Below are positions 11,361-20,896 of a stretch of 64,000 nt of DNA, piece after piece. The DNA is taken from positions 1 through 64,000 of IMG/VR virus record IMGVR_UViG_3300033741_000108; one strand, given 5' to 3'. The notes under the pieces are model-generated. The model was given only the letters and a program-made list of their open reading frames with translations, was not told the origin of the DNA and ran no database searches. This stretch comes from a virus. Its lineage: Duplodnaviria; Caudoviricetes. Positions within the stretch are counted from its first letter, which is position 1; each line of letters starts with the position of its first letter. Made by a program: the position numbers and the translations under genes.

Positions 11361-12436
11361 TGGTAAATCAATTAGGATTACCAAGTGAAGTAACATTTGA
11401 ACGGGTTGCGACAGCGTCTGAAAGGACTGCGACAGCACTCGAAACACTGGCAGAAAAGAGTACTATATATGATTTTACAAATTCGCCTGGACCCAAAATA
11501 TTACAAAAAGGTGACAGGGACGCAGGAATCTTTGGATTTGTATCAGCCGTTGATTTAATTACAGGTGACGCATTAGCTTTAGATTTAGGACTTACAGCCG
11601 GTACATCAATGTATTCAAGTGGTCCGTGGATAAAATATATATATCAAGGGCAAGTTAAATTCACACCAGTTAAAGGGTTCAGACATACAATTGCTTGGAA
11701 TTCAATTTATGATGTTGGGGCAGTATACGGTACAGAAGATGAAGGTACATTGCCACCTAATGGACGTTTGGGAACACAGTTGTCTATATTAGCAAGTGAT
11801 AACTCAATTAACACTACTGGCAATTTTCTAACAGCTTCAGCAGTAGTAGGAGCGGTTGCAGAAACGGTTAAACTTACAGGGTGGAATAACGGTGCTAATG
11901 TTGGCACATTCACAATAAGTTCAATAACTTCTACAAAAATAGTTTTGAGTGGTGGAACATTAGTTGACGAATCAGCTAATAAAAGTGGTAAAATATACAA
12001 TACAGCAGATATGGTTACTCAAAATGCTAAAACAACCATTGACACCGTTGAATACAGAGTTGAATTATTTAAAGGTGGAGCAAGCGACCCGTTAGATTCT
12101 TATGCAGATGGTGACCACGGTTCAATAGGTGTAGATAACGAGTGGAATGCTATAATATTACCACTTCACATTAACGCAAAACTTCAAGACTGGGCTTACC
12201 CACAATACGCTGGTACAACAGAATACTGGGGATTTGATTTAACTGATGAAGATTTAAGAACTGATAATATCTTCGGACCAGGCTCATACACTTGGTGTCA
12301 AGAAACAAGAGATGATTCGGATACATTCAGACGTGTCTACCGCGGGCACGGTGGTGCTTCGTACTTGAGTGCGCTTTATTCTTGGTACGCGGGTTCCATT
12401 ATCGTTTGGCGTCCAGTATTAACAGTTATTGGGTAA
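11360..12436 (+). CDS. Receptor-binding protein of DGR-target type (C-type lectin-fold C-terminus)
   Basis: NEWN, GSYTWCQE, RRVYRG...WRPVL motifs typical of phage DGR target proteins. Confidence 0.75.
   Translation: MVNQLGLPSEVTFERVATASERTATALETLAEKSTIYDFTNSPGPKILQKGDRDAGIFGFVSAVDLITGDALALDLGLTAGTSMYSSGPWIKYIYQGQVKFTPVKGFRHTIAWNSIYDVGAVYGTEDEGTLPPNGRLGTQLSILASDNSINTTGNFLTASAVVGAVAETVKLTGWNNGANVGTFTISSITSTKIVLSGGTLVDESANKSGKIYNTADMVTQNAKTTIDTVEYRVELFKGGASDPLDSYADGDHGSIGVDNEWNAIILPLHINAKLQDWAYPQYAGTTEYWGFDLTDEDLRTDNIFGPGSYTWCQETRDDSDTFRRVYRGHGGASYLSALYSWYAGSIIVWRPVLTVIG
12332..12420 (+). other. Putative DGR variable region (VR)
   Basis: 27 codons (12332-12412) with no third-position A; 45/81 GC; all 8 As at positions 1-2 of NNY codons. 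Confidence 0.7.
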
Positions 12437-12465
12437 TACAAGGGGTGGCGTCTGTACTCTTTGTG

Positions 12466-12494
12466 TTGCAATTACACCAAAAATATGTTATAAT
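12466..12494 (+). promoter_or_regulatory. SigA-type promoter for HNH-like gene
   Basis: TTGCAA-17-TATAAT with extended TG. Confidence 0.6.
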
Positions 12495-12516
12495 ATATTT
12501 AGAAAGGGTGTTAATA

Positions 12517-13242
12517 ATGGCAATTAAAGAGTATATGGACGACTATTACAAATTAAAAACAAATGGCAAAGAAATTCAAGAGAAAATGGGCATTAGCTCT
12601 CGTAAATTTTATAAGTTAATGAAAGAAAATGATTTAAAAACAATCAGAAAAATTTATCCAAAACTAGATTTAGGCATAGAAGAATTAAATACAGGCTTAA
12701 AAAATAGGTATAGCGATATAGTAAAAAGATGCAACAATTATGAAAGTTATCAATATAAAAACGGGAAGTATAAAGAAATGTATTATTTAAGCTTGAAAGA
12801 TTGGGTTGATTTATGTTTGGAAAACAAAGATGAAATATTAAAAATGTGGGATGAGTTTATTGATAAAGGTAAAGACCCAAGATTAACACTATCGGTTGAC
12901 AGAGTCAATGATGGAAAAGGTTATTTTAAAAACAATATACAATTCATAATAAGTGGTGTTAATACTTTAAAAAGAAATGCGAACCCAATAAAAGTAACAT
13001 TTTTAAATAAAAATTATTATTTTATGTCATGTCAAGAAGCTTCTAGATATTTTAATCTAAGAGAGAAAACATTAGGAGATTTATTAAGGGGTGTAAAAAG
13101 GAAAGAAGGCGATAAGTATTTGGTTGAAACAACTGATATTAAAACTGTGCTATCAGAAAATAACATTAATGACATAAGCGAATATTATAATAAGGTATAC
13201 ATTGAAGAAATTAAAATACAGAAGGGTGGCAAAAAATGCTGA
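12517..13242 (+). CDS. Putative HNH-type homing endonuclease
   Basis: RYSDIVKRC, LSVDRVNDGKGYFKNNIQFI..N core; NUMOD1-like FMSCQEASRYF; RBS before ATG 12517. Confidence 0.65.
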   Translation: MAIKEYMDDYYKLKTNGKEIQEKMGISSRKFYKLMKENDLKTIRKIYPKLDLGIEELNTGLKNRYSDIVKRCNNYESYQYKNGKYKEMYYLSLKDWVDLCLENKDEILKMWDEFIDKGKDPRLTLSVDRVNDGKGYFKNNIQFIISGVNTLKRNANPIKVTFLNKNYYFMSCQEASRYFNLREKTLGDLLRGVKRKEGDKYLVETTDIKTVLSENNINDISEYYNKVYIEEIKIQKGGKKC

Positions 13243-13589
13243 TAAATACAGAAAATGGACTAGTTTTATCGGATACAAAGGTAATATTTGAAAAAGCTGG
13301 CGTTCAAGAAGAAAAAATAATCGGAAGCGAAGGCAAAGAATGGTGGTTAGCTTTAGAAAGTAAACACGAAAATATAACCATATTAAGTTTTGGAACACCA
13401 GTTTATGAACAAGTAGTTTTAGACAGACTCGAAGAAGTTAAAACACTAGATATTGATTTGGGTTTAGCTGAAATATATGTAATGGAAGGAAAAGAAATTA
13501 AAGGAATGTTGGAATTTAAAGTTGCAGAGCAGGAAAATATTATATCAGACTTAACCCAATTATTAGTTGATAAAGGGGTGATTTACTAA
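13236..13589 (+). CDS. Hypothetical tail-associated protein
   Basis: ORF after the fibre genes; C-terminal DLTQLLVDKGVI. Confidence 0.6.
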   Translation: MLINTENGLVLSDTKVIFEKAGVQEEKIIGSEGKEWWLALESKHENITILSFGTPVYEQVVLDRLEEVKTLDIDLGLAEIYVMEGKEIKGMLEFKVAEQENIISDLTQLLVDKGVIY

Positions 13590-13738
13590 TGAGTAAGTAT
13601 AAATTTTTAGACAAACATTTAGAGAAAACTGGTAAGAAAGTTAAGACTAAAGTTAAGAAGGATAAAACTAAGTTATCTGAAAAACAAAGAGATGATTTGA
13701 TTGATAAAATGTTACAAGACTTTGGGTATATAGATTAG
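13589..13738 (+). CDS. Small basic hypothetical protein (49 aa)
   Basis: TAATG overlap with the upstream stop, AAGGGGTG RBS; MSKYKFLDKHL..QDFGYID. Confidence 0.6.
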   Translation: MSKYKFLDKHLEKTGKKVKTKVKKDKTKLSEKQRDDLIDKMLQDFGYID

Positions 13739-13793
13739 GAGGGTATAATGACAATAAGGAAATATGGTGCTACACCATCTGGGAGGAGGATTT

Positions 13794-14771
13794 ATGGAGA
13801 TTAATCAAGTTAAAGATATATTAAAAATGAATCTAGACTTAAAAGGGGATGGCATGAGAATTGCTGTACTTGAATTAGGTGCGGATGATAGATGGAAAGA
13901 TTATTATACTGACAATATTAATTTAGATTCTGGAAGTAGTAGACAAAATAAACATATTGTATTAGTTGGAGATACCATTAAAAAGACTAAGCCAAATGCA
14001 GAAGTATTTTTACTAGACTGTAGAAAAGATGAATCTGCCAAGTGGATAAAAGAGAATAATATTGATGTAGTTACAATGAGTATAACAGACACAGCGATAG
14101 ATATGAATTTAATTAGAGAATTATCGCAAGAAACTTTTATAATTTCTTCAAGTGGTAACGCTGGTTCAGATGGTGAAACAATGAGAGATAGAATGGGTAA
14201 GTATTGGTTTCAAGTAGGGGCATTAGATTATGATTTTGATACAGATAAATTTAGCCTAATGAGTTATTCTAGTTGGAGTAGAGATGAAGTTGATGGAGCT
14301 ACATTCTCTGGTATAGAAACTGTATTAGGTACATTCCATGGTACTAGTGCAAGTAGTCCATTATACGCATGTTTGATATTAGAATATATGGAAAATTATA
14401 AACTTAGATTTGATAGAAAACCATCTGTTAATATGACATTGGATTTCATTGATAGACATTCACATAATGTTTTATTGGAAGATGTTGATTCAGATTTAAA
14501 ACTAGGATATGGATTATTAGTTTTACCAGAAGAATATCACTTTGAAAAGATTGTATTCACATTTAAAAAGGGAAGTAGTGAAAGTTTAGATACTATACTT
14601 CGATATAAAAATGATGATGTATTCTTTGAAAAGATAGATGATGTAGCAAAGATTATAGAAGGAAGAACATATCTACCAGTAAGAGAGTTAAGTGAAATAC
14701 TAGGATTAGATATTGAATGGAATAACGATGAGAGAAAAGTTAAAATTTATAAACAACAAGGTGACCATTAA
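13794..14771 (+). CDS. Subtilisin-like S8 peptidase with copper amine oxidase N-terminal-like domain
   Basis: LKGDGMRIAVLE, H, SSGN, GTSASSP, GYGL motifs; C-terminal GRTYLPVRELSEILGLDIEWN. Confidence 0.75.
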   Translation: MEINQVKDILKMNLDLKGDGMRIAVLELGADDRWKDYYTDNINLDSGSSRQNKHIVLVGDTIKKTKPNAEVFLLDCRKDESAKWIKENNIDVVTMSITDTAIDMNLIRELSQETFIISSSGNAGSDGETMRDRMGKYWFQVGALDYDFDTDKFSLMSYSSWSRDEVDGATFSGIETVLGTFHGTSASSPLYACLILEYMENYKLRFDRKPSVNMTLDFIDRHSHNVLLEDVDSDLKLGYGLLVLPEEYHFEKIVFTFKKGSSESLDTILRYKNDDVFFEKIDDVAKIIEGRTYLPVRELSEILGLDIEWNNDERKVKIYKQQGDH

Positions 14772-14979
14772 ATAGGATATGATTATAGTTGTACAGAGTT
14801 AAGACCTATTTTTGAAAAGGATGGTTGGATAGTAGAGTGGGATATAGATAGTGAAATAGCTACATTAACAAAGTAAATTAATAAGTACAATATCATAGGT
14901 GAATCACAACTGAATAGTAAATTGGAGTCAGTTTAACTGAGAGAAGGTAAAAATGATAAATGAAATAGGAGGGAAATTA

Positions 14980-15213
14980 ATGGAACCAGATTTCATACTA
15001 TACGTTGCAGCACAATTAATTACTATAGGGATTGTGTATGGCATAATGACAACCAAAATAAAGTATATAGAAAAATCAATTGATAGGTTGGAGAGAAAAC
15101 AGGATAAGCATAATGGTTTAATCACCAGAATGGTTCTCGTAGAGAAAGATGTTGAGGGAGTATTTAATAAAATTGTACACCATATAGATGACGATAAAAA
15201 AGATTCAAATTAA
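14980..15213 (+). CDS. Holin-like / XhlA-like membrane protein
   Basis: N-terminal TM helix then RLERKQDKHNGLITRM coiled segment; lysis-module position. Confidence 0.6.
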   Translation: MEPDFILYVAAQLITIGIVYGIMTTKIKYIEKSIDRLERKQDKHNGLITRMVLVEKDVEGVFNKIVHHIDDDKKDSN

Positions 15214-15265
15214 TTCTTGACTTTTAATCAATAGTATGATAGAATAATATAAAGGAGGTATAAAA

Positions 15266-15556
15266 ATGGAATTACAATTTATTACATGGGAAATGTTAAA
15301 ATCAATAGGTACGTTAGCAGCAATAGTTTTTATGGTGGTAGAATTTACAAAGGAAATAACGTATATTAAAGATATTAAAACAAAATATTATTCGTTCTTT
15401 ATAGCATTAATTTTAATATTAATTGCTAATTTCCAAGGTGAGACATTTGAACTTATTAACATTGTTTTATATGCTTTATCAGCGATAGCTATTTCATTGA
15501 CAGCCAACGGAATTTCCGATTTTAATCATCCAGTTGACAAAACTAAGAAAGAGTAG
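15266..15556 (+). CDS. Holin
   Basis: Three hydrophobic segments; directly upstream of the endolysin. Confidence 0.75.
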   Translation: MELQFITWEMLKSIGTLAAIVFMVVEFTKEITYIKDIKTKYYSFFIALILILIANFQGETFELINIVLYALSAIAISLTANGISDFNHPVDKTKKE

Positions 15557-15594
15557 TAACAAATAGGCACCACAAGCGAAACTAAGGCATGAAT

Positions 15595-15649
15595 TAGCGT
15601 GTTTCATACAGTCAGAGTACTAATCGTTGGCGAGGTATTAAACACGCTG
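15595..15649. repeat. Long imperfect inverted repeat (hairpin family member)
   Basis: TAGCGTGTTTCATAC / GTATTAAACACGCTG, loop AGTACTAATCG. Confidence 0.65.
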
Positions 15650-15673
15650 TAGATTGCTATAATGAGGTGAAAT

Positions 15674-16399
15674 ATGGACAGAATAATAGACGTAAATAAA
15701 TTAATAGATGAATTAGATATGAGTTTATATAAGTACTTAGATATTCATCATACACTCAGACCAAGCCATTCATCATTCAATGGTGACAACTATTTTAAAT
15801 TACAAGATGGTATGAGAAATTATCATATTAACACTAAAGGTTGGAGAGACATAGCACAGCATGTTAGTCTTGCTCCAGATGGATTATATATAACTGGTAG
15901 AGATTTTACATGGACACCAGTAAGCATTAATTATAATTTAAATAGATATGCTTTTATGGTTGAGATGATTGGTAATTTTGATATTGATCATGATATATTG
16001 GATGGTGAACAACTAAGAGCTATATTAATATTAATGAAACATTTCATTGATAATGGCAAGTTGATAAGATTCCATAATGAGTACTCTTATAAAAGTTGTC
16101 CAGGCTCTAGTCTAAATAAGGGAGGCATGATAGATATGGCTTTGAACACAAATAACTGGAAAGACTGGCAAGTTTCTCTTGCAATAGAATCAATAAAAGA
16201 CTTGGCAAATGAAGGATTTTTAAATAATCCAGAAATGCATATTGCTAAAATTGAGAAAGAAAATAAAGTTGATGAATGGTTATTGCTAGTAATAATGGAT
16301 AGAATGGCTAAAAAGAACAAGGCTAATAACTCAGTAGACATTGATGCATTAGCAGAGGAAGTATCTAAAAGATTAAAAATAGTTCTTGACAAAAATTAA
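15674..16399 (+). CDS. Endolysin, N-acetylmuramoyl-L-alanine amidase (Amidase_2)
   Basis: IHHT, GWRDIAQH, EMIGNFD, FHNE..KSCPG zinc amidase motifs. Confidence 0.88.
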   Translation: MDRIIDVNKLIDELDMSLYKYLDIHHTLRPSHSSFNGDNYFKLQDGMRNYHINTKGWRDIAQHVSLAPDGLYITGRDFTWTPVSINYNLNRYAFMVEMIGNFDIDHDILDGEQLRAILILMKHFIDNGKLIRFHNEYSYKSCPGSSLNKGGMIDMALNTNNWKDWQVSLAIESIKDLANEGFLNNPEMHIAKIEKENKVDEWLLLVIMDRMAKKNKANNSVDIDALAEEVSKRLKIVLDKN

Positions 16400-16455
16400 A
16401 TAGTACGGTACAATATATTTGTAAGTGAGAGTTGGGGTTTATCCCTAGCTCTTTT
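16386..16455 (+). promoter_or_regulatory. SigA-type promoter followed by terminator-like hairpin
   Basis: TTGACA(16386)-17-TACAAT; GAGAGTTGGGG-TTTA-TCCCTAGCTCTTTT. Confidence 0.55.
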
Positions 16456-16501
16456 ATAGTTTTAAAACAATGTAAGGAAAATATTACAGAGAGGAGGGGG
16501 C

Positions 16502-16819
16502 ATGAATATTAGAAAAGATTTTGGAATGAATGATTACTCATATAATAAGTTAGGAGAAATTATACGCAAGGATGTTACATTAAGTGTATCAGCTTTATCC
16601 GCAAATGCAGAATTATTATTACAAGCAGAATTAATGACATTACAACCTATTGATGGTGAAGTTGTTGATAATGCAGAAGAATTTAAAGCAGAGCTTGTTG
16701 CTAATTATGATTATTTAGTTAACAATTCTGGTAGTGATTTAGGATTATTACCATTTTCAAATGATGCAGTAAGTTATTTAGTGTTATATCTAGTGAAAGA
16801 TTTTAACTTAAAGAGATAA
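16502..16819 (+). CDS. Hypothetical protein
   Basis: ORF with strong GAGGAGG RBS. Confidence 0.65.
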   Translation: MNIRKDFGMNDYSYNKLGEIIRKDVTLSVSALSANAELLLQAELMTLQPIDGEVVDNAEEFKAELVANYDYLVNNSGSDLGLLPFSNDAVSYLVLYLVKDFNLKR

Positions 16820-16901
16820 ATATAAAGAAACTTCTTGACAAGTATTAAATTATCTGTTAATATATTATTATAGACAAGTTGAATAAAAGGAGTTGACAAT
16901 T

Positions 16902-17795
16902 ATGACTACTAAAAAAAGACAATTAACAGATAATATGATGGAATTTTTAGACGATATGAAGTATTTGTCAGATGCACCTAAGAATACAATTACTACTTAT
17001 GCTACTGCATTGTCACAATTGAACAAATGGTTAAATGTAAATGATTTAAATACATTAGATATAGAGGTAAGAGATTCTAAGAAGTATATTAAAACTTTAA
17101 ATAAAAAGGGATTAAAAAACACAACAATTAATACTAAGATTGCTGTGTTCAGAAAATATTTTGATTGGTTAGTTGATGAGGGTTTAATTAAATCTAATCC
17201 ATTTAAATCAATTGATAGATTGAAAGTTGATGATAATGGTGTTAAGTATTTAAATAAGAAAGAAGTGGCTTTATTATTAGCAAGTGTTCAGAATAAAGTG
17301 CACACAAATAGATTTAGAGATATAGCGATCATTAAATTTGCTTTATCTACTGGTTGTAGAGTTAACGCTATTCATAGATTGAATAGAGATGACATTGATT
17401 TAGAAAATAAGACTGTTAAACTTTATAATAAAAAGTCTAAAAAACATCAAGTGTTGCCATTAACTAATGGATTTATAAGAGCTTATAAAGACTATGACGC
17501 ATTCAGAGAGAATGCAGAGCCTGCATTTATATCTACACAGGACAATAGAATTAGTATTAGTGCAATCCAAAGAATGGTTAAAGGGCATTTAGAAAAAGTT
17601 ACTAGCGATAAAGATTTACAACATATCCATACTATTAGACATACTGCATTTACTACATTAGCACAAAATGGTGTACCAATGCATGTAATTAAGGAATATG
17701 CTGGGCATAAGGTCTTGGCAAGTACTGAGGTCTATATCTCAAGTTCAAATGAAGAAATTAAAGATGCAAGTAATGTATTAGAAAATGTAATGTAA
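16902..17795 (+). CDS. XerC/D-like tyrosine recombinase
   Basis: SAM-like N-domain; TGCR, HTIRHT, AGH, TEVY catalytic residues intact. Confidence 0.9.
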   Translation: MTTKKRQLTDNMMEFLDDMKYLSDAPKNTITTYATALSQLNKWLNVNDLNTLDIEVRDSKKYIKTLNKKGLKNTTINTKIAVFRKYFDWLVDEGLIKSNPFKSIDRLKVDDNGVKYLNKKEVALLLASVQNKVHTNRFRDIAIIKFALSTGCRVNAIHRLNRDDIDLENKTVKLYNKKSKKHQVLPLTNGFIRAYKDYDAFRENAEPAFISTQDNRISISAIQRMVKGHLEKVTSDKDLQHIHTIRHTAFTTLAQNGVPMHVIKEYAGHKVLASTEVYISSSNEEIKDASNVLENVM

Positions 17796-17807
17796 AAGGA
17801 GGAATAT

Positions 17808-18062
17808 ATGGAAGACTTAGTACAAAAAAGAAAATGGGAAGAATTTAGAGAAACTGGATTGCTATGGTGGATAAATATGATTCTACACACATTTGGATGG
17901 GCTTTAGTTTTGGAGTTTGATGATGGCGTTCTTGTAAATGCTTACCCAAGTAGAGTAAAATATAGAGGGTTTTCAGAAGATATAAATACTGAAATGTATG
18001 CGAAAGTAAATAAATATATGAATGATAATTCAGAAGAATTATTAAAAGATAATGACGAATAA
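17808..18062 (+). CDS. Conserved phage hypothetical protein
   Basis: WEEFRETGLLWWIN..RGFSE; good RBS. Confidence 0.65.
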   Translation: MEDLVQKRKWEEFRETGLLWWINMILHTFGWALVLEFDDGVLVNAYPSRVKYRGFSEDINTEMYAKVNKYMNDNSEELLKDNDE

Positions 18063-18077
18063 TAGAGGAGTGATAAA

Positions 18078-18503
18078 GTGGAAGAGTACAAAATATATAC
18101 TATTGGTAAAATGTCTGGAATAACCACCACTCGGGCATTAAAATGGAGAAAACAAGTTGAACAAAGTTTAATGATCAGAAGTGGTAAACCATTAAATTTT
18201 ATTCATCCACCAGAGTTTTTTAATTTTGATATGGATAAAGATTCATACGAGGAAGATGAAATATTTAATTTTGAAATGAGGCAATTGAAAGATACTGATA
18301 TTTGTATTGTTAATTTAAATTTTTACAATTCAACTGGTAGTAATATAGAAATGCACCAAGCACATATAAATGATATACCTATTATAGCTTTATGGGATAA
18401 AGATACTTACCACCAACACCCTTGGGTAGAAATAATGGTAGACAAATCATTTAATACAATTGATGAATTAACAGATTATATTAACTATTATTATTTATTT
18501 TAG
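18078..18503 (+). CDS. Nucleoside 2-deoxyribosyltransferase-like protein
   Basis: KIYTIGKMSG..WR, DICIVNL..STGSNIE, IPIIA, HPW. Confidence 0.75.
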   Translation: MEEYKIYTIGKMSGITTTRALKWRKQVEQSLMIRSGKPLNFIHPPEFFNFDMDKDSYEEDEIFNFEMRQLKDTDICIVNLNFYNSTGSNIEMHQAHINDIPIIALWDKDTYHQHPWVEIMVDKSFNTIDELTDYINYYYLF

Positions 18504-18510
18504 AAAGTTC

Positions 18511-18539
18511 TTGACATGCTATTTAAAGTGTGATAAGAT
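18511..18539 (+). promoter_or_regulatory. SigA-type promoter of replication module
   Basis: TTGACA-17-TAAGAT with extended TG. Confidence 0.7.
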
Positions 18540-18593
18540 ATATATTGTAGAAGTGAAAAATTAAAAACCAAAATCCAAAAGGAGGATATAATT

Positions 18594-19841
18594 ATGGCTA
18601 AAAAGAAAAAGAGTGATTTAAAGCAAGGAACTAAGAAATTTGATATATTAGGACGGGTGAGCCTAACTAGTAAGATAACCAACGTTGGAATTGATACCAT
18701 ATCAGATAGTGGGTATGTTTATAACTCAATGAATCTTGGTATTGACTGTGGTGAAGCTGGTAATAATAAAGTTAAAACATTTGGTGGTTCATTTCCAGAA
18801 GATCATAAAAATAAAACTTATTTATACTTAAATAAGAAGGATTATTCTGGACAAATTGAGGTGGAATTCTGTGATAGAAATAATGAGAAAATCCTTGAAA
18901 AACTGGAAGATGAAATTTCAAAAAATAACTATTTTAGAGCAGGAATGGAATTCCCTAAAGGTGATAATTACCCATTAACAAAGCAGTTTTTATCTGAATA
19001 TGATTTAATTAAATATGTTAACGAGTATTTAGAAGACGGTGATATTTTACAAATTAGAGGTGCAGTGGCTTCAAATATTTATAATGGTAATATCAATAAG
19101 GAGTTTCAAATTGAATATATCTCTAAGCGTAAAGAATCTACATTGTGGGATAGATTATCTAATATGAATCCAGATGAAAGTAAAGAAGAATTAAGAGAGA
19201 ATCATGATTTATCAGAATTATTCCATGCAGAATTTCAAGAAACTTTATACTTTACTAACGATTCTGTTGGCAGAAAAGACAGGGATACTGATGAGACGCC
19301 TGTGACAGCATATGTAGTAGAATATATTGATAAAGTTGATGGTAAAAAGATAAAAGAAGTAAAAGTAATTCCTACTCAGTATTGGATTAAGAATGAAAAA
19401 TTAGCGAAGTATTTAACAGCTGGTCGTGGTAAAGTTACTAAGGTAACAGTTGAAGGCGACATGGTAAATAAAAACAAAACTAAGCAATTAACATTTGAGG
19501 AATTAGATGACACAGTTAAGGAATTAATTGAAGATGGATTAATGAGCAAAGAAGATGCTATTGGCAAAGCTACTGTTTATGGTGGATTTATTTCACGAAG
19601 ATATATTAACGCACCAGCAATATATACAAAGGAATTAGATAGTGGTGATATTGAACAGAAAGTACAATTCTTTAAAGACTTCTTAGATGACGATACTGAG
19701 TTATTTGAAATGGTACTTGATATTGAAGCTCCAGAAGAGGCAGATTTAAATGAATCTTATGAAGAAGAAAATGAAGAAGTACTTGAAAGTTTAGATGAAG
19801 ACGAAGATGAAGATTTAGACGATATTTTAGCTGGATTATAA
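18594..19841 (+). CDS. Putative single-stranded DNA-binding protein
   Basis: Very acidic C-terminal tail; first gene of an SPbeta-like replication cluster. Confidence 0.5.
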   Translation: MAKKKKSDLKQGTKKFDILGRVSLTSKITNVGIDTISDSGYVYNSMNLGIDCGEAGNNKVKTFGGSFPEDHKNKTYLYLNKKDYSGQIEVEFCDRNNEKILEKLEDEISKNNYFRAGMEFPKGDNYPLTKQFLSEYDLIKYVNEYLEDGDILQIRGAVASNIYNGNINKEFQIEYISKRKESTLWDRLSNMNPDESKEELRENHDLSELFHAEFQETLYFTNDSVGRKDRDTDETPVTAYVVEYIDKVDGKKIKEVKVIPTQYWIKNEKLAKYLTAGRGKVTKVTVEGDMVNKNKTKQLTFEELDDTVKELIEDGLMSKEDAIGKATVYGGFISRRYINAPAIYTKELDSGDIEQKVQFFKDFLDDDTELFEMVLDIEAPEEADLNESYEEENEEVLESLDEDEDEDLDDILAGL

Positions 19842-19856
19842 AGGGAGTGATAATAA

Positions 19857-20843
19857 ATGAGTATATTTAAAAAGGCAAGTGAAGTACAAAGTGCAGGTAA
19901 GTTTCTAGCTTTTGGTGCAACATCATCTGGGAAAAGTTGGTTTACGCTAACTTTCCCAAAGATATTTGCATTTGATAGTGAGCAAGGGTTAAATTTCTAT
20001 CAAGATAATGAGAATCTATTAGAGGTAGCACCAACATCATCAATATATGATATGCAAGATGGTATTGATGAGATACATTCATTATTAGATAAAAAGCCAA
20101 ATGCAGTTAAAACTGTAACATTTGACTCAGAAACTAAATTTTACCAAAATACTCAAGATATTTCTTTGAGTGTCGAAGAGAAACGTGCCAAGTCAAAGGG
20201 TAGAGATATTGATGATACTAATCTAAGTGTACGTTCGTGGGGCAGGATCAAATCTGTATCAAATAGATTGCAGAATATGAAGATTGACTTATCAAGTCGT
20301 GGCGTTAATATTGTATCAACTGCACATGAAGCTGATATCAAAAAGAAAGTCGGCGATGAATATATGGTAGTTGGACATAAGCCAGATATTTATAAGAATT
20401 TACCATTTGATTATGATGTTGTATTAAGATTTTATACTAAAGAAGATAAAGATGGTGAACAAGAATATTGGGCTGAGGTTAAGAAAGATAGAACTCAGAC
20501 ATTCCAAAAAGGTGATAAAATTAAAAACCCTTCATATGATATGTGGGAAGATAAATTCACAACTAAAATAACTGGTAAATCAACAGACTATGCTACAGAC
20601 ACTGTTGAGGATACTGATAAAATGATTGAAGAGGAAGGTGCAGAGGATAGAAAAAATAAGATTATAGATACTCTTAAAAAGGTAATTGGTCAAAGTGCAA
20701 AGAAAGACTCTAGTGTTAAAATAGAGATATCTAAAAAACTTAAAGAGCACAATACCTCTCTTAGTGGGTTGTCTGATTTAGATTTATCAAAGGTTGAAGA
20801 AATTAAAGACGATATTGTCGTAATTTTAACGCCAGACAAGTAA
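19857..20843 (+). CDS. AAA-family ATPase (AAA_24/Sak4-like)
   Basis: Walker A GATSSGKS; DSETKFY; TAHE; KDRT. Confidence 0.75.
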   Translation: MSIFKKASEVQSAGKFLAFGATSSGKSWFTLTFPKIFAFDSEQGLNFYQDNENLLEVAPTSSIYDMQDGIDEIHSLLDKKPNAVKTVTFDSETKFYQNTQDISLSVEEKRAKSKGRDIDDTNLSVRSWGRIKSVSNRLQNMKIDLSSRGVNIVSTAHEADIKKKVGDEYMVVGHKPDIYKNLPFDYDVVLRFYTKEDKDGEQEYWAEVKKDRTQTFQKGDKIKNPSYDMWEDKFTTKITGKSTDYATDTVEDTDKMIEEEGAEDRKNKIIDTLKKVIGQSAKKDSSVKIEISKKLKEHNTSLSGLSDLDLSKVEEIKDDIVVILTPDK

Positions 20844-20849
20844 TATTTG

Positions 20850-20880
20850 TAGAGTAGGTTTTTAACCTACTCTATTTTTT
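20850..20880 (+). terminator. Intrinsic terminator
   Basis: TAGAGTAGGTT-TTT-AACCTACTCTA followed by T6. Confidence 0.8.
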
Positions 20881-20896
20881 ATAAGGAGGAATATTT

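Noticed and set aside
12382-12516. N-terminal extension of the HNH ORF overlapping the VR
   Set aside because: Promoter (12466-12494) and RBS point to ATG 12517; the extension is incidental
14769-14771. Genome-wide stop-codon reassignment
   Set aside because: TAA, TAG and TGA all end genes normally and coding density is high under the standard bacterial code
18651-18760. Additional hairpin-family candidates (also near 4500-4600, 27410-27500 and 54410-54455)
   Set aside because: Pairing too weak or interrupted to distinguish from chance in AT-rich DNA
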